Positions 30,401 to 43,223 of a stretch of 64,000 nt of DNA are shown in pieces. Below the pieces are notes generated by a model. It searched no databases and was not told where the DNA came from. It worked only from the letters and a program-made list of their open reading frames with translations. The stretch comes from Botryllus schlosseri (Eukaryota), in assembly GCA_051294905.1 (NCBI GenBank), contig CM119381.1:18476001-18540000 (forward strand), given 5' to 3'. The position numbers and the translations under genes were made by a program. Positions within the stretch are counted from its first letter, which is position 1, and each line of letters starts with the position of its first letter.

Positions 30401-33400
30401 CAGAAATCTGCTGAGTAAAAGTAGTATAAAATGATAACCACATGAGCAGTGATTCTTCGCCAGTGTTCCATGGAACACCGCAGGCTCGTTGAGTAAGTAT
30501 CAGGAGTTCGACCACGCAGTACGATAACAGTCTCCAAGGTGAAGAAACATTGATTTGCAATGAATAATCATTGTAATGTTTTCGTTTTGTTCTTTCACAA
30601 CGTCGTTGATGCTGCCCAGTTCAATTTGCTCACAAGCATTCTTTAGTAATGTGTTGGTGACTCGGTGAAACTTTGGGTTCAGCGAAGTACTGTAACTTTT
30701 TTGAAGTACTCAAGTACGTTTGGTCCACTCACACTACTTGCTCCAGCCAATATGCCTTTTCATGTAACAGTATCCCGTGTTTTTTAGGCAAAATTAGGCC
30801 TAGAATACTCGCTTCCTACTTATTTGAAAATAGACATTTCTAATCGCACTCAATAGAAACTTGACTACTTTGACCATGTCTGCTTAAGAAGCACTTCACC
30901 TTTTTCGTTAGTGACAACACAATTGAAACAATCGAAAAAATTGCGACGTCGCGAAACACAAACAGCCTCATCATCACCTGGACTTGGGCGGCTTCGATTT
31001 CTTCGCCGGGGCAGATTTATTCGACTTTTTCTTGCCCTGCTTCCCGCCTGTTTTCTCCGGCTTCCCCTTCTTTTTCTTACCGGACAGCGGCGGCCGGGTC
31101 GTCTCTACGACAGTGCTGGACCTGTCGATCCCGCTGTCCGGGTCGGGCCCCGGCATATCCCCGTCAATTTCAGTAGCAGCAGCCGGCCGGACCGATGATT
31201 TTCGCCGGCCTGACCTGCCGCTTTTAGGCGTCGGTCGGACCGACATGTTCCGGCTTCTCGTCGAAGTTTCGTGCCCCGGGACAGACGGCGGCAGCACGAT
31301 CGCGTTCCCCAACGAATAGGAATCGTGGGACACCACCTCGCTGGATCCGCTCTGCACGTCGTCACCTGGCAAGAAAAAGGCGCTCTTAACAAACTACTGG
31401 ATTGTTGACATGCGCAACTTGAACAGAAGACCTTATCGGAGGTACAAATCGTCAATATCCAATTGAATACTTTCGGCTGACACTCGTCAGGGGTAATCGT
31501 CAGCAACTAGTAGAGAATCGGAAAAAGCATCAGCAGCATGAAAGTTTGAATAGTTATAATCTGGGAGAAATTTCATACCGCTGATGTCATATTTGGTTAT
31601 ACGATTGTTGATATACAATGTCCTTTCCAATTCCCTACTCCCGGACAGATACCCCTGACCAGTGTCAGCCGAAAATATTCGGGTTTATTTCAATGTGAAT
31701 ACACCATTTAATTGCATATAGAATATTCGCTTTTCGAAAACTCGAAACTAGAACCGGAGACCTTTAAAGATCTGCCACTTACTAAACTGAAATCCAAAAC
31801 AGTTCATTAATTTTTTATTATATTTATGTTTTTGGAATCTGATCGGCTCTCCGATTGCGGCCAATGAGCATCAGCCGTTAAATTGTTTTTTCGTTGTACA
31901 ATCTGCAACTGGAAGTGGAGCACGAACTACTCAAAACCCTAGTCACTAGTTAACCGCCACCCAACATTAATAGCTTGTACAAGTCTGTCATCATTTGTGA
32001 CAGGCGGCAGTGGTGGGCCAGACATACCTTCGTCCTCGTCTTCCGGCGGCAGGGCGTGCGACACTGCTTTCCGAGGCTTTGGCGCTCTCGGGGTTGACGA
32101 CGGTGGCCCAAATGTATCACGTGGTACGTCACTGAACCTGCGCGTCGAAGGTAGACTCAAAGTAGGAGTTTGTTTCATATGCTCCAACTTGACTACTTTA
32201 AAATCGAACCAAATGTTGCTGCGAAGTTGGAAAAGATAGTTTCCCTTCTAACAACTAAAGATTGTAACAAACGCACCGTTTTCCAAGTAGATTCACGGGA
32301 ATGAGTTCTGTAAACTGTCACGAGTTGGAGTGTTTTGCGGCAGTGGTACTTAACCGGGGCTGAGACATTTTTTTCGTTACATTGTGTTATCGCTCCTGAT
32401 ATACGAAATTCGAATAGGTCACGAGTATGGAATGTGTCGAGTCATATGACTTGGTCGAATCATACGCAATGACTCAAGTATATGTCGGGTCAATACACAA
32501 ATTGAGTCGAGTCTGGTCATTTTCCATTTTTGAGAAAATGACTCGAGTCATTACAGCCCTGGCGAACCGACTTCACAGCCCTGGCGGCAATGCTTTGTTT
32601 TCACTCTAGGTCCCCATTAGCAACAAGATGGTGACATCTGCAAATCAACATCGGGCCACAGTGTGATTCTGATGCTGCTAGAATATGTAAAATCTCGAGT
32701 TCCATTGAAGTAATGCTACCCCGATCAAACCTACATAAACACACTCACTCGTTAAAACAATCGTGTATGAAAAAGTACAACGTCAGTGACCAGGCGCGTA
32801 GCCAGCTGAAAAATAAGGGGAGAGGGGGTTTCGATTTTTTTGGATTTAGTAATGTAGCATCAATTCATTAGGGTTAAGTACATACGATGCGTGAATAACG
32901 ATTATACAACATCCCCGTGTTGGCGATTATATGCGTATGATAAGCTTGTCTACAAGTCCGGAAGTGCTGTTAATTAGAGACTCCCTGATCTGTCGTGAAC
33001 AATGAAATACGCACGCGTCAAACGTTCGAATACGCGCGCTTATCAACGCGTCCAACAATTAATGACGCCCGTTTGTCAATGCGTCTTGCGTCTTACGTAG
33101 CCACGGCGACGATCTGCGCAAGTCAAAATGTACGAGTTTTTATGGAATATGTGCTATAATGACGCCAATTTCAGGTGGTTCAAAACTTACCTCTTTTATA
33201 ACTCAAGCCTACTAGACTATAACTCAAGCCTACTAGACTATAACTCAAGACTAGTGGAAATCAATTACGCATGTACGCACGCGTCGCACATGATTGCGGA
33301 CATTCGATGTCATACAGTTACGAGATGTCACTCTTTAAATACAATCGTTAATCAGCATATACTTGATAGCATTTTATCCAAGCCATCGAGAAATAGGAGC

Positions 33401-36400
33401 CAAAGCATGGTAAGCCCAAGACGCGGTAGTTGAGCTAGCGATACCTTGAGTACTAGGCCTATGGCAGATGCGATTGTGCAGGCCAGCGAAGATATCGTGC
33501 GCAGTGCGCACCAAGCCAATGCAGATGTGATTGTGTACGCCAGCGACGATATCGTGCGCACAGGGCCTATTGCAGATGCGATTATTCAAGCCAGCAGAAT
33601 TAGGCTTGTTGGAGACGCAGTAAATCAGGCTAGCAATGATCACCGAACGTGCGACAATGAATGACATGATTTCGTAATTATCTCAGCGGGAGATCGTGTC
33701 GCGTTACATTGTGAAGTGCAATGCGCAAGGACGAATCTCGATAATTGGCAACACACCTTTCGTTAATTGGCCGCGCGCAATACTGATAATACAACTTATT
33801 GAATTGCAACCGAGTATTAGCATCAGAGCGGTCATTTGAAAAGGTCGGGGTTTGGCGTTGAAGGAGGGGGTTTCGCGTTTCTAAAGGAGGAGGTTTCGAC
33901 CCCCGAACCCCCCCCCATGGCTACGCGCCTGTCAGTGAAGTAAAACACGGCCAACACTAACCGATCGTCGATAGAATCCTGCCCGTCGCGGATCGTAGAC
34001 TCGTTGACAAACGGCAGTTTGCTTCTCTGGTTTGACGGCGTGCCAGATTCGCTGTCTGTAGAAGATTAGAATCGGTCCGATAAGAATGTCGCAAATGAGC
34101 AACGTTCAACGTTAAGTCGGAAATTATAGAGTAAATGGGAACCACCAAGCTGACAGAACGATGACAATTGGCGATGATTTGTCAACGCAAGATGGGTGGA
34201 AATTAGGGGCAGTCGGTAACAAAGCACTTCTACCTTCTCAGAGTCAGTTTTGCTTACGTGCGCTAGTTACTCAAGTGGTTATGTCTCTCGCTTTGTGTAG
34301 GTGCCCCCCCCTGTATCAAGGTAACTGAATACATTTTTGAAAATGGCACCAATTTTTAATGGCGTTTTATTAGTCGCAAAGATGCACATTGCACGCCGCA
34401 ATTTTCAAAGTGCAATCTCCGATGAACTCCTACCAGTTTGCGACCAATCGAGTAAATCTACTCAGTGATTTTCATACCATGATTGCTTATTTCTACTTGG
34501 AAGGAGCCTTGACATTTTTGGAATTCGCTACTCCAACTCGTAATCTAGTATAAATTTACGAATCTACTTGTACTTCTTTGACCGGTTCTGATGAAAACAT
34601 CACCATGACCAATACCACTCTGGCATCGCCAACGGTCGCAAACAAACAAACCCGGCCGGTGCACTCACGTTTCGAACGCCTCCCGGTGACACTGGTCCCG
34701 TCCGATCGCTTATCCCGAAGCCGAGGAGACGCGTCTCCAGGCCCATCCTGTGACTGCAACCACTCTGCCAAACGCTTGTCCCTTCCCCTGCCAGTACGCC
34801 GTCCCGTCCCGGATTTCGACTGGTCGCGATTAACAACCACAGTCGCCCGGTCATCCACACCACTGGCAGACTCCCCGTCGGTAAGCCTAGTCCCGGAACG
34901 GACCAGTCCGTATCCCGCGGCAACGACATTTGAACTCCGCCTTTTCCTCGAAGACAAGACAATATCGCTATCGTGGTCTGAAGACGGGCTGTCGTATTTG
35001 CTTTTTGATCGAGCTTGTCCAAGATAAGCTTCGCGGACTTCGGCCGCGATACTCCTCTCCCCCATGGTGCGGTATATACTGCGGCGTCGCCGAGAGCTGT
35101 GCCGGGACTGTTTCGAGTCCAACCGGGCCTCTGTATCAGGGCTGGGTTCGTCTGCCTCGATATCATCGCCGCTGTCCGGGTAGCTCACCAGAGATCGAGC
35201 CGGTACTTTGTCCCGCGGTGTTTTACTCCTCCTTTTGACCGTTGACTTTTTGGGCCCGGACCGTCTCCCGGAATCCACGGCTGAATATTCCAAACTCTTT
35301 TTCGCCTTTGAGCTCAGCTTGAGACCGGTCGAGGACCTTTTGCGGGCGCCGCTACGATTCTGGCCCGAAAAGCTGAGCGAGCGCTTTGCCGGGTTGGCGC
35401 TATGGCGGTTCTCGGACGTCTTCTGCAAACTCCTTACCGACCCAGGCACGATACCTGGATCTGCACCGGTTATCGTGGGCGGCGAGTCTGAGACACTTTC
35501 CGGCAATCTGAACAACAAGCGTATTAAAATATTAAATCACACCGTGCACATGGTTATCAGTGACTTCGGAACTTGACGACCCCTTCCTAACCCTAGCATA
35601 CTCCTACTCTAAACCCCAACGCTAGCCTCAATGCAACCCGAAAGCATCAATACATACATACAAGTGGCGAATTCAATAAGTGCCGTATATCACAATTCAC
35701 GCTCATACCCAATGAAAGAGTCATTTTCAAGATTATTCTTACAATAATGATGCACCACTTTTATATTAAAAATAGTTGATACACTTCTAATGCCACTCGT
35801 GACCGTGCAATCATGCATAGAGGTGGTCAGTAACGAACAACTTCTGCTCTTTCAGAGCACTCAAATAGGATACTCTGACTATTTTGACACTTCTGGTGTC
35901 GAAATTACTCTGCTACTAAAAATAGCGTAATGGTGAAGCATCCGGCTGCTTGATCAGTAGGTCGTGGGTTCAATCCCCGGCCGGGTCAAACCAAAGACCT
36001 GATTAGTAACATTGGTGTCCATGACTTGCACGCTTGGTGCTCAGCATTACTGGGATAGCATGGAGGGGTGAGGGTGCAAGACTTAGAAAGCCTTATAATC
36101 TGCACCTTCCTTGCCCAATGCCCAGCGGCATATGCACATCATGCACTCATGGTATGCATATGCACAGATTGTGCGTATGTTTATCGTGAGCCGGTGTATA
36201 TGCCGCCAAGTCATCAAGGACAAAAATACGTAATGTCTTTCCTTTTGGGACTTACTCGACTTGCCAATCATCTTCCAAAGCAGGTGGCTCGACCGGACCA
36301 TCACCGAGACCCTAAATAACGATGAGATATGAGACAGCCGACACAAGTAAAACACGGGCAGCACATACCACAGATTTCCGCGTCGAGTTTAAGGGGCTGC

Positions 36401-39400
36401 CACTGATCCCGTCTTTGAAGGATAACCTGAAAAGAGAAATGAACCAAGTACGTTCACGCGAGAGCAGCGAGATTCCTGTTATCTGCCAACATTCAGGATT
36501 AAGCATGCAAAGTATAAAATTAGAAATTCTGCTCAAAATCCCATCACAGATCACAACCATCACAATGTGTAAAATTGCAGCATAACAAGCAGAGTGCGTC
36601 CAACTGTCCATTGACCAACATTGTAGATTTATAGTCATAGAACTCAATCAAACAATACCGAAAACACTCTCACTTGGAACAGCTTCATGAGTGATGCCCG
36701 CATTAGACCGATATTTTCACGGGAACAAATATCAGTCGGAGTCTATAATTGCAAAATTAAAACATAGTACCGCAAAATCACCTTTTTCTTAAACCTGTAT
36801 CCTTTTCCTGTTTAGAATCTCGGCGAGACGATGTATAGCTTTTACTCTGAGACGCCTGCGTCACGTCCATCACTACAAAGCAAAAGAAATGGATCACTGC
36901 TGAAAAGAAGTAACTTCCAAGAGACGATCTCACTTTCCGTGTATTTCTCTAGTATGTTGCTTCTATTAGCCGATGCTCCTCGTTTTGACAAGCCAGAGAA
37001 AGTTGATATCTGAGAAGTGATCAACGTTTAGAAAGACATCAGATAATACCGTCGTCATAGACCATTGGGATTGCACCGCCGTTAATGCGCGACAAAAACA
37101 ATCAATCATTCCCGTTTACACATCAGAGCCATAACAGAAAAGTTACACGCTTGGACATTTATTCAGTAATTCGTATTATCAGTGCTGCCAAACACTGAGA
37201 ATCGAATGTATACAATGTACAGCCGCACGAGGTGCGTATTCATTCCGACATCTCTCACATCTCCTGCTGTGTTGTAATATGATGCGCGCGTATCATCGCT
37301 TGCCCGAATTACAGAGTCTGCTGCAAACCTCTTCCCCTCCTTGCCTTGGTTCAAGACTAATAACAGGAACGAAATTACTTCGAATATGCGTAACTGGCTA
37401 CTAATTTACGATCATATGTGGTGCAGGCTGGTCTGAATCGTCTCAAATCGGAGTCATGACTCAACAGATTGTAGAATAGACGTGGACACTATCATTTGCG
37501 AAAATAGTAAGCCTACTTATTCATTTGTTGGCGAAATTGAGTGATTGAAATCTCCTGTTGCGTTGTAATATGATGCCTTGCTGGATACGGTGTTATGTTA
37601 TTGCGATGTTCTAGTTTTGCTTCACAGCTTCATGAATAGTAGGCTAGTAGTGCCGGTAAGATAGCACAGCACCTTTTATTTTCTTAAAGCTTTGATGTCT
37701 GGCAGAATTATCACCTAAATAATCAAAATGGGCCGACAAAAGATGCAAATCGAAGATATATATTGCGTCAGAATAGTTAGATTTTGCGAACGATTTTTTT
37801 TGGAGGCACTTATCATCAATAAAAGCAATATACTCACCGCTTCGGGTGGCGTGTTTCGGATTTGCGAAAGCAACGACTCCCGACTTCTCCTATCGCTGCG
37901 CCTTGCCATCCTGACTTGACTGCGAGACATCTCCTTATCCAGCTCCTTATCTATGACATCACACTCTGCATCGTTTGATGTCGGACTGGGCCATCTGTTG
38001 CGCGGACGCAGCAGCGACGACCCCAGAGATTTTCTTTTGTCTACATCCCGATCCGATGTGCCGGTTGCGGCGTCCATAGATTTTTCACCGGCTTTGGACC
38101 GGCGTTTGTTCGGGTGGCTGCGCCGTGCGGTCCTGCTGGCCAGGAATTTTTTGTAAGGTCCGCCCGAGATCATTTGAGTCCCCGTATCTTTCACAGTAAC
38201 GTCGATTTCATCGTCGCTGCGTGAAGAATCGGCTCCGTTTTGTAGAGGAGAATCTTCGTTTATCGACGTCTGGGTTGCGATGGACACGGTTACATCGTGC
38301 CTTGTCGCTGAAACCAATAGTGCCCAACATAAAAATGGAACTTCTCGCCAAAATTAGGTGGAAAGTTGACTACCAGTGAATTCGGCTAACCAGAGAAGAT
38401 GGCCAATTGGCCATGAAACCGCTTGTTCTGTTCGGGTGTGCTTTGTACATGCAATTGAGAGCAAACACTTTGGACCGTCCATGAACATTAACAAGACAAA
38501 GCCGCCTTCCAATCGAACAGATGTTCACGTGAAGTCTTTACTAAGGGTTTCTATGTCTGACATGCAGTCAGAGTGAAAAAAAAACTTGTTGACAACTTTG
38601 ATCGACCACAGATGACACATTGACATCAACAACTATCGAAGTACATTGCGTCAATAAATTCATTAAACCCTATTTTTGGTCTTTGTGCTTTACAGTTTTG
38701 TTAGTTTAAAGTTTACATTAAAGGGGCACTGCGCTCTAAAAATGATGTGGTCTCAAATTGAAGGGCAAAACGAAAGAAAAATTTAGGCCGCAGCCGTTTT
38801 CTTCAGAACGCCACCGTAATGGAGCTGTAATGTATTGAAATTTCCAGAGTTGCAGCACGCTCCAGCAATCACGCAGAGATCGAACTTTATATAGTTGTCA
38901 GCCGATGTTATGAAGGAAATAGAATACACTAGGCCCGATTTTGACATAAATCTCCTGACTGGACATCTTCCGTCGAACGTGGTATCTAAACCACCTTGGC
39001 GTGTACGATATATTTCCTTCATAACATCGGCTGACAACTATATAAAGTTTGATCTCTGCGTGACTGCTGGAGCGTGCTGCAACTCTGGAAATTTCAATAC
39101 ATTACAGCTCCATTACGGTGACGTTCTGAAGAAAACGGCTGCGGCCAAAATTTTTCTTTCGTTTTGCCCTTCAATTTGAGACCACATCATTTTTAGAGCG
39201 CACTGCCCATTGAAATACACTTTATTCCTTGCATAGGTGGATAAATACGCGATTAATGAATCGATTCAGGAATCCGACTCGCCCAAGTACTGAATTTTCC
39301 CGCAACTGACCCATCGTCTGGAGAAGTTTCCCGCCGCTGATGTATAGCCTACCAATAGAGCTGGGGTTTGAGGACGGACCCACGATAGGCCAATGCTGCA

Positions 39401-41430
39401 ACTACAACTATATTTTACTACATTGTCCTTATTCATAGTATCTGTATTATTTTCAACTTATGTCCATATCTTATCATATTTCCAGTGTACACCGCAGGCC
39501 GGCGGCCGCAATAGGCTCAAGGGCTGGGCGAAAACGATGACCATTCTTTAGTCTCATGACATAGCTTTATAGACCAGATGGCAGAGTGGCCGCAGTTAGG
39601 ATAAGGACTCTGCGAAATGGATGACGTTTTTCTAGCCATCCGCTGCCCAAATTGGGAGGTTGGCCTACTTCAAATTCAGTTCAAAATTCATCACAATGAC
39701 GGGCACATACAACCACCCCAAAAATTTAGTGGTCCACGGTAGAAAGAGGTTAGGAACCCTATTATAGAAAATGTTGGATGGCTGTTTTACGAATAATTAA
39801 ATTCAATCAGTCAACTAAAAATAATACAGCCAAAAAGACTCATACATTTTCGTCTTCTCTTGGGTGGTGTCGGATTATCATCAACCGACTCCAAAGTCTG
39901 AATCTGCGGTGCTTCAGACGACAGGTTATGTCGACTGACTCGAGAGATTTCCTGAGAAAGGGCAACAAATCAAATCCAAGCTGCACACAATATTATGAGT
40001 GATTCTAAGCAGTTACTATTCCGAGCAACACTCACCGGGACATCCGAAGCATCACCATCTGAAATAAACCAAGATATTGCAGATTTCATACATGATTCTA
40101 GGATGAACTAGGATGAGAAATATCAAGTACATGAAGAAGAAAAAGCAATACTTCAGAGCAGTGGCGGGAAACTTATGCCCAAATACAGTTATCGGTCTTA
40201 CATGATAACATGGCCCGTGGACATCAGTTGGTAAACCCGAGATAGATGGTCATAAAACTACTTCGGGTCTACCGGTATGTACATTAGGGTTGTCCAAAAT
40301 TTGGAAAATCTCAAAAATCCTGTTTCGACCGGAATCTTACTGCACCATTTCCGCTCCGCGTCTGCCTGCGTCTCTAGCATCAAAAATCTACGAACCCAGT
40401 TGGTCTTAATGCCATATCACGATTATATATGGCCAATAAATTGGCAGGGTTATCGATACATAAAATGAGCATAGACTTCTGTAAATATTTCGGCAATTTA
40501 GCAGTTCTTCCCACACGGCTTTGTAAATATATTTCCTTCTTTAGCATAACATAACTGACTTTCCTGTTCGCACCATCAGCGGCACATGTGATCGTCACAT
40601 GTCCCTATTGGATGCCAGATGGTTGGACATTGATTTATCCCTCAGAGGACCAACTTTAATGTGTTTTATTATTCCCCTTTTTATGCATGCATTGTATTTT
40701 GCCTGACAACTAATCAGCAAGAAGCCACGGTCGTGCTCATTGAAGCATACCCGATTAGCCAATCGAGAGCCGTGATTTCGTGATTACTAGTCTTGTTGCC
40801 GTTCTATGGTCACTGGCATGCCCACTCGTCGGTGGCTACTTTCAAACGATTTGTGACAAATCTTAACGACTTTCCTGAGAGCTTATTCCATACCCATTGC
40901 TGTTTCTTATCAATAATCTATAGAATGAGACATTGATACTCATCATTTTTGAGATTTTCCAAATTTTGGACAACCCTAATTTACATTTTCGGGCAAACAT
41001 TTCCGAACATGAACAGAACAGGTTTCTATGTCCAACATGCAGCCAGAGTTTAAAGAATTTGCTGACAACTTTGATTGACCACAGACGTCTCATTGACTTC
41101 AACAGCTCTTGAATAACATTACGTGAATAAATTCAAAATTTGGAAACAATTTAAAAATAGAAAGCCGGAATTGTAGGAGAGAATGAGAATATCAATTATT
41201 CACCTGATTCAGACTCTGAACACCGAAAATACCCCGAGATGTTATCGATGGGGCAGACCTTGATTTCCTTCCCCGTACGTCTAAAAATTGTTATCGACAA
41301 TGTTCACAAGCAGAAGTCGCCAGACGTGGAAACACGACAATGAATCTCAAACTCACGTTCCAACATTGGGATTCCACCGGTTCCACCGGCTTCGACTGTT
41401 GGCTTTCTTCGTCTCATGCTCTTTCAAGAG
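21427..41430 (-). CDS. CENPC: Centromere protein C (CENP-C/Mif2/Cnp3) homolog, at least 19 exons, ~1080 aa; first (ATG) exon not fixed
   Basis: Phase-consistent minus-strand exons: 41430-41357, 41280-41204, 40058-40036, 39951-39846, 38307-37838, 37009-36934, 36872-36795, 35487(or 35507)-34669, 34055-33962, 32137-32028, 31365-30978, 30057-29999, 29644-29542, 29476-29415, 28843-28730, 26291-26211, 24256-24137, 22194-22001, 21615-21427. The C-terminal cupin QGRIIIKPKYAKPERICGYGTM-SCLVEAGSVELTLAGESIQLPRRSQFQVPYKNMYALRN...AVIFYT aligns with the recalled human TGKLILGPQEEKGKQHVGQDIL-VFYVNFGDLLCTLHETPYILSTGDSFYVPSGNYYNIKN...SVLLFT. Also an N-terminal NVGTRTGKEIK..DNISGYF (Mif2/Cnp3-like), VRRSKRVRLP, and a long S/R/K-rich disordered middle. 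Confidence 0.82.
24327..25777. mobile_element. hAT element with (CAATTA)n arrays at both ends and unrelated internal sequence, in a CENP-C intron
   Basis: TIR cagagttggatcaatt / aattgatccaactctg; TSD aactacac / agctacac; caattac arrays at ~24350-24500 and ~25660-25765. Confidence 0.85.
27155..28307. mobile_element. hAT/Charlie-type MITE with a nested SINE
   Basis: catgggtgggcaaact / agtttgcccactccta ends; TSD agctaact / agctagct; homologous to 395-1163. Confidence 0.8.
27490..27790 (+). mobile_element. tRNA-derived SINE, copy 2
   Basis: A box tagcgtagcagt and B box gggttcgattcc; body homologous to 12300-12610. Boundaries approximate. Confidence 0.75.
32791..33931. mobile_element. hAT non-autonomous element with internal minisatellites
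   Basis: TIR caggcgcgtagcca / tggctacgcgcctg; TSD tcagtgac / tcagtgaa; 21-bp tandem ctataactcaagcctactaga x~3 (33195-33255) and ~50-60-bp units at 33455-33600. Confidence 0.85.
35921..36100 (+). mobile_element. tRNA-derived SINE (second family)
   Basis: A box tagcgtaatgg and B box gggttcaatcc, followed by ggccgggtcaaaccaaagacc...cttggtgctcagcatt instead of a tRNA acceptor stem. Confidence 0.7.
38722..39209. mobile_element. Foldback MITE with ~205-bp near-perfect TIRs, Kolobok-like (TTAA target)
   Basis: 38722-38925 is almost the exact reverse complement of 39005-39209; flanks ttaa / ttga. The superfamily call is tentative. Confidence 0.8.
40285..40978. mobile_element. hAT non-autonomous element in a CENP-C intron
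   Basis: TIR tagggttgtccaaaatttggaaaatctcaaaaat at both ends; TSD atgtacat / atttacat. Confidence 0.85.
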
Positions 41431-41893
41431 CTGAAAAATGCATAGAGATGCCAGGGTGCAAAACCGGGAACACAATGGGCGATACTGGATGGTGCGGTCT
41501 TGAATACATTAGAGCAGGGGTGGCCAACCTTTTTGGCCATAGGGTCACATGCGGTTTTCCAAACCGTTGTGCAAGTCACTGTTTTAGTCATCCGATATGA
41601 GGGAGCCGGTTTAGTTAACGATGAGGCCAAGACTTCTTACTACGCACCAAAATCGCTGTCATTTAGGTCATGAAAAATCAGTCTGTAATCATGTTGTAGC
41701 GGCGCTAGGCGGAAAATATATTTTAAAGTTTACGAATGAACTCGGTCAATAATATTGGTGCCTGTCCATGGACTGTACACAACTATACTGAAGCATCCCA
41801 ACGACCTCAGAAGATACCAGGAATAATCAGTTCTCTTGCTATTGCGAATAAAGTTAGACTCAATTCTGTAAGTTAGGCGTATTTCTCATTTGG

Positions 41894-42696
41894 GCCATTC
41901 CATACTTAGACATCCGATGTCCCCACCATCACCTCTTGAAATTTTCCGAATTTCGTAATGCATAGATGAGCTAATTCCTAACACGATGAACTTTATTTTA
42001 TGAAAATTGGACTTTGAGGCTGTAAAGTCCATTAAATTGCAGTTTCAAGAGCACACTTCATTTTTGGTGACATTATAGCACGCGACAATTGGGCAAGCGT
42101 CACATGAGCATGTGAGTTAAATGACAGGTTAGGGGTGGCTTAGGGTTGGACTCAAGTCATTTTTATTTAATCATCAAGTCAATCCGAAATCTAGTAATTT
42201 TACGAACGGTCGCACCAAACCAAATCACAATTTTCAGTCACGAATCATCAACGGGTCTTCTACCGCATGATAGCTTTTAAAAGTGATGTGATAGTGTAGT
42301 TTGTTTATATTTCAGTGATATTAAACAGTAGTAATTTCAAGGTGAACTTTACGTTCTTATATCTAAAAAAGGTATGTGGCGCTTGATTATTGTCGAATAC
42401 TTGAAATTCTAAAATGCTGTCGCGGGCCGCACAAAATGTTCTCGCGGGCCGCGTATTTGAGACCTCTGAGTTAGCTAAACCTTCTTGAATATTACAGTGA
42501 CAAAGCCTGAACTGTGCGGACCCGAAATGAGCAGAAAATTGTTGATTTTCAAAGTGACGTAACTTTTTACCCCAAAGTCCAATTTTCATAAAACAAAGTT
42601 CCTCCAGCTTCGAATTAGCTTATCTATGCATATACCAAATTTCAGAAAATTTCAAGAGGGGATGGTGGGACATCGGACGTCCAAGTATGGAATAGC
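41894..42696. mobile_element. MITE with long imperfect TIRs and a nested gcgggccgc-type MITE end (~42420-42465)
   Basis: attccatacttagacatccgatgtccccaccatc...atgcatagatgagctaattc is inverted at 42610-42694; a related fragment lies at ~51965-52080. Confidence 0.6.
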
Positions 42697-43223
42697 ATAT
42701 TTATAATATAGCGTCTGGACGGGTACTAAAAGCAAGAAATCTAGCGGCACTAAATGCCGCGAAGAAAGATTTAAAATTAAATAAATAAATCTGCCGCATT
42801 ATACTTTTACTTCGTAAATTTACAAAGATTTACGAAAAAGATATGAGGGGCATGGCGCCTTTTGCCTCCTCTGGCTACGCCAATGCGTCGGAACTGTTTT
42901 ACTATTCATCAATATCCCAAAGTTCGCAGTCAGACTAATCAAAATTTTGGGCTCCGAACAATCATAAATAGTGCAGCAAAGGTCATTGTATGGCGCCTGC
43001 GGTGTTTGGATTGTACATTGTATAGGATTCTTCAGAACAAGGCCGATTTCCGACTTTTAACAGCAATTGGGGGTGTAGAGTCAGTGCCTTGAACGGTTTA
43101 CAATTTAAATTTTCGGAATCCGTGCGGCAATTATCGTTCGTTTAAGACTAGTTTCAAGGCAAGATCAATTTTGGTATATTGCACATCACGCACATAATGA
43201 CATAGCCTGCATTGCCAATTTAT

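Noticed and set aside
34578-35576. Plus-strand and alternate-frame ORFs over the large CENP-C exon (also 28612-29007, 30911-31319, 37728-38156)
   Set aside because: These are antisense shadows of GC-rich coding exons with no recognisable motifs.
35921-35995. Functional tRNA gene
   Set aside because: It has A and B boxes but no closing acceptor stem, and it continues into a SINE-type body. The same applies to 27490-27550.
37255-37590. Duplicated ~30-bp gcatcatattacaac..caggagat motif as a pair of alternative exons
   Set aside because: The shared frames contain stops or have incompatible phases, and exons 37838 and 37009 join directly in phase 0.
40335-40390. CENP-C exon with good splice sites
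   Set aside because: It lies within the 40285-40978 hAT element and is not needed for phase continuity.
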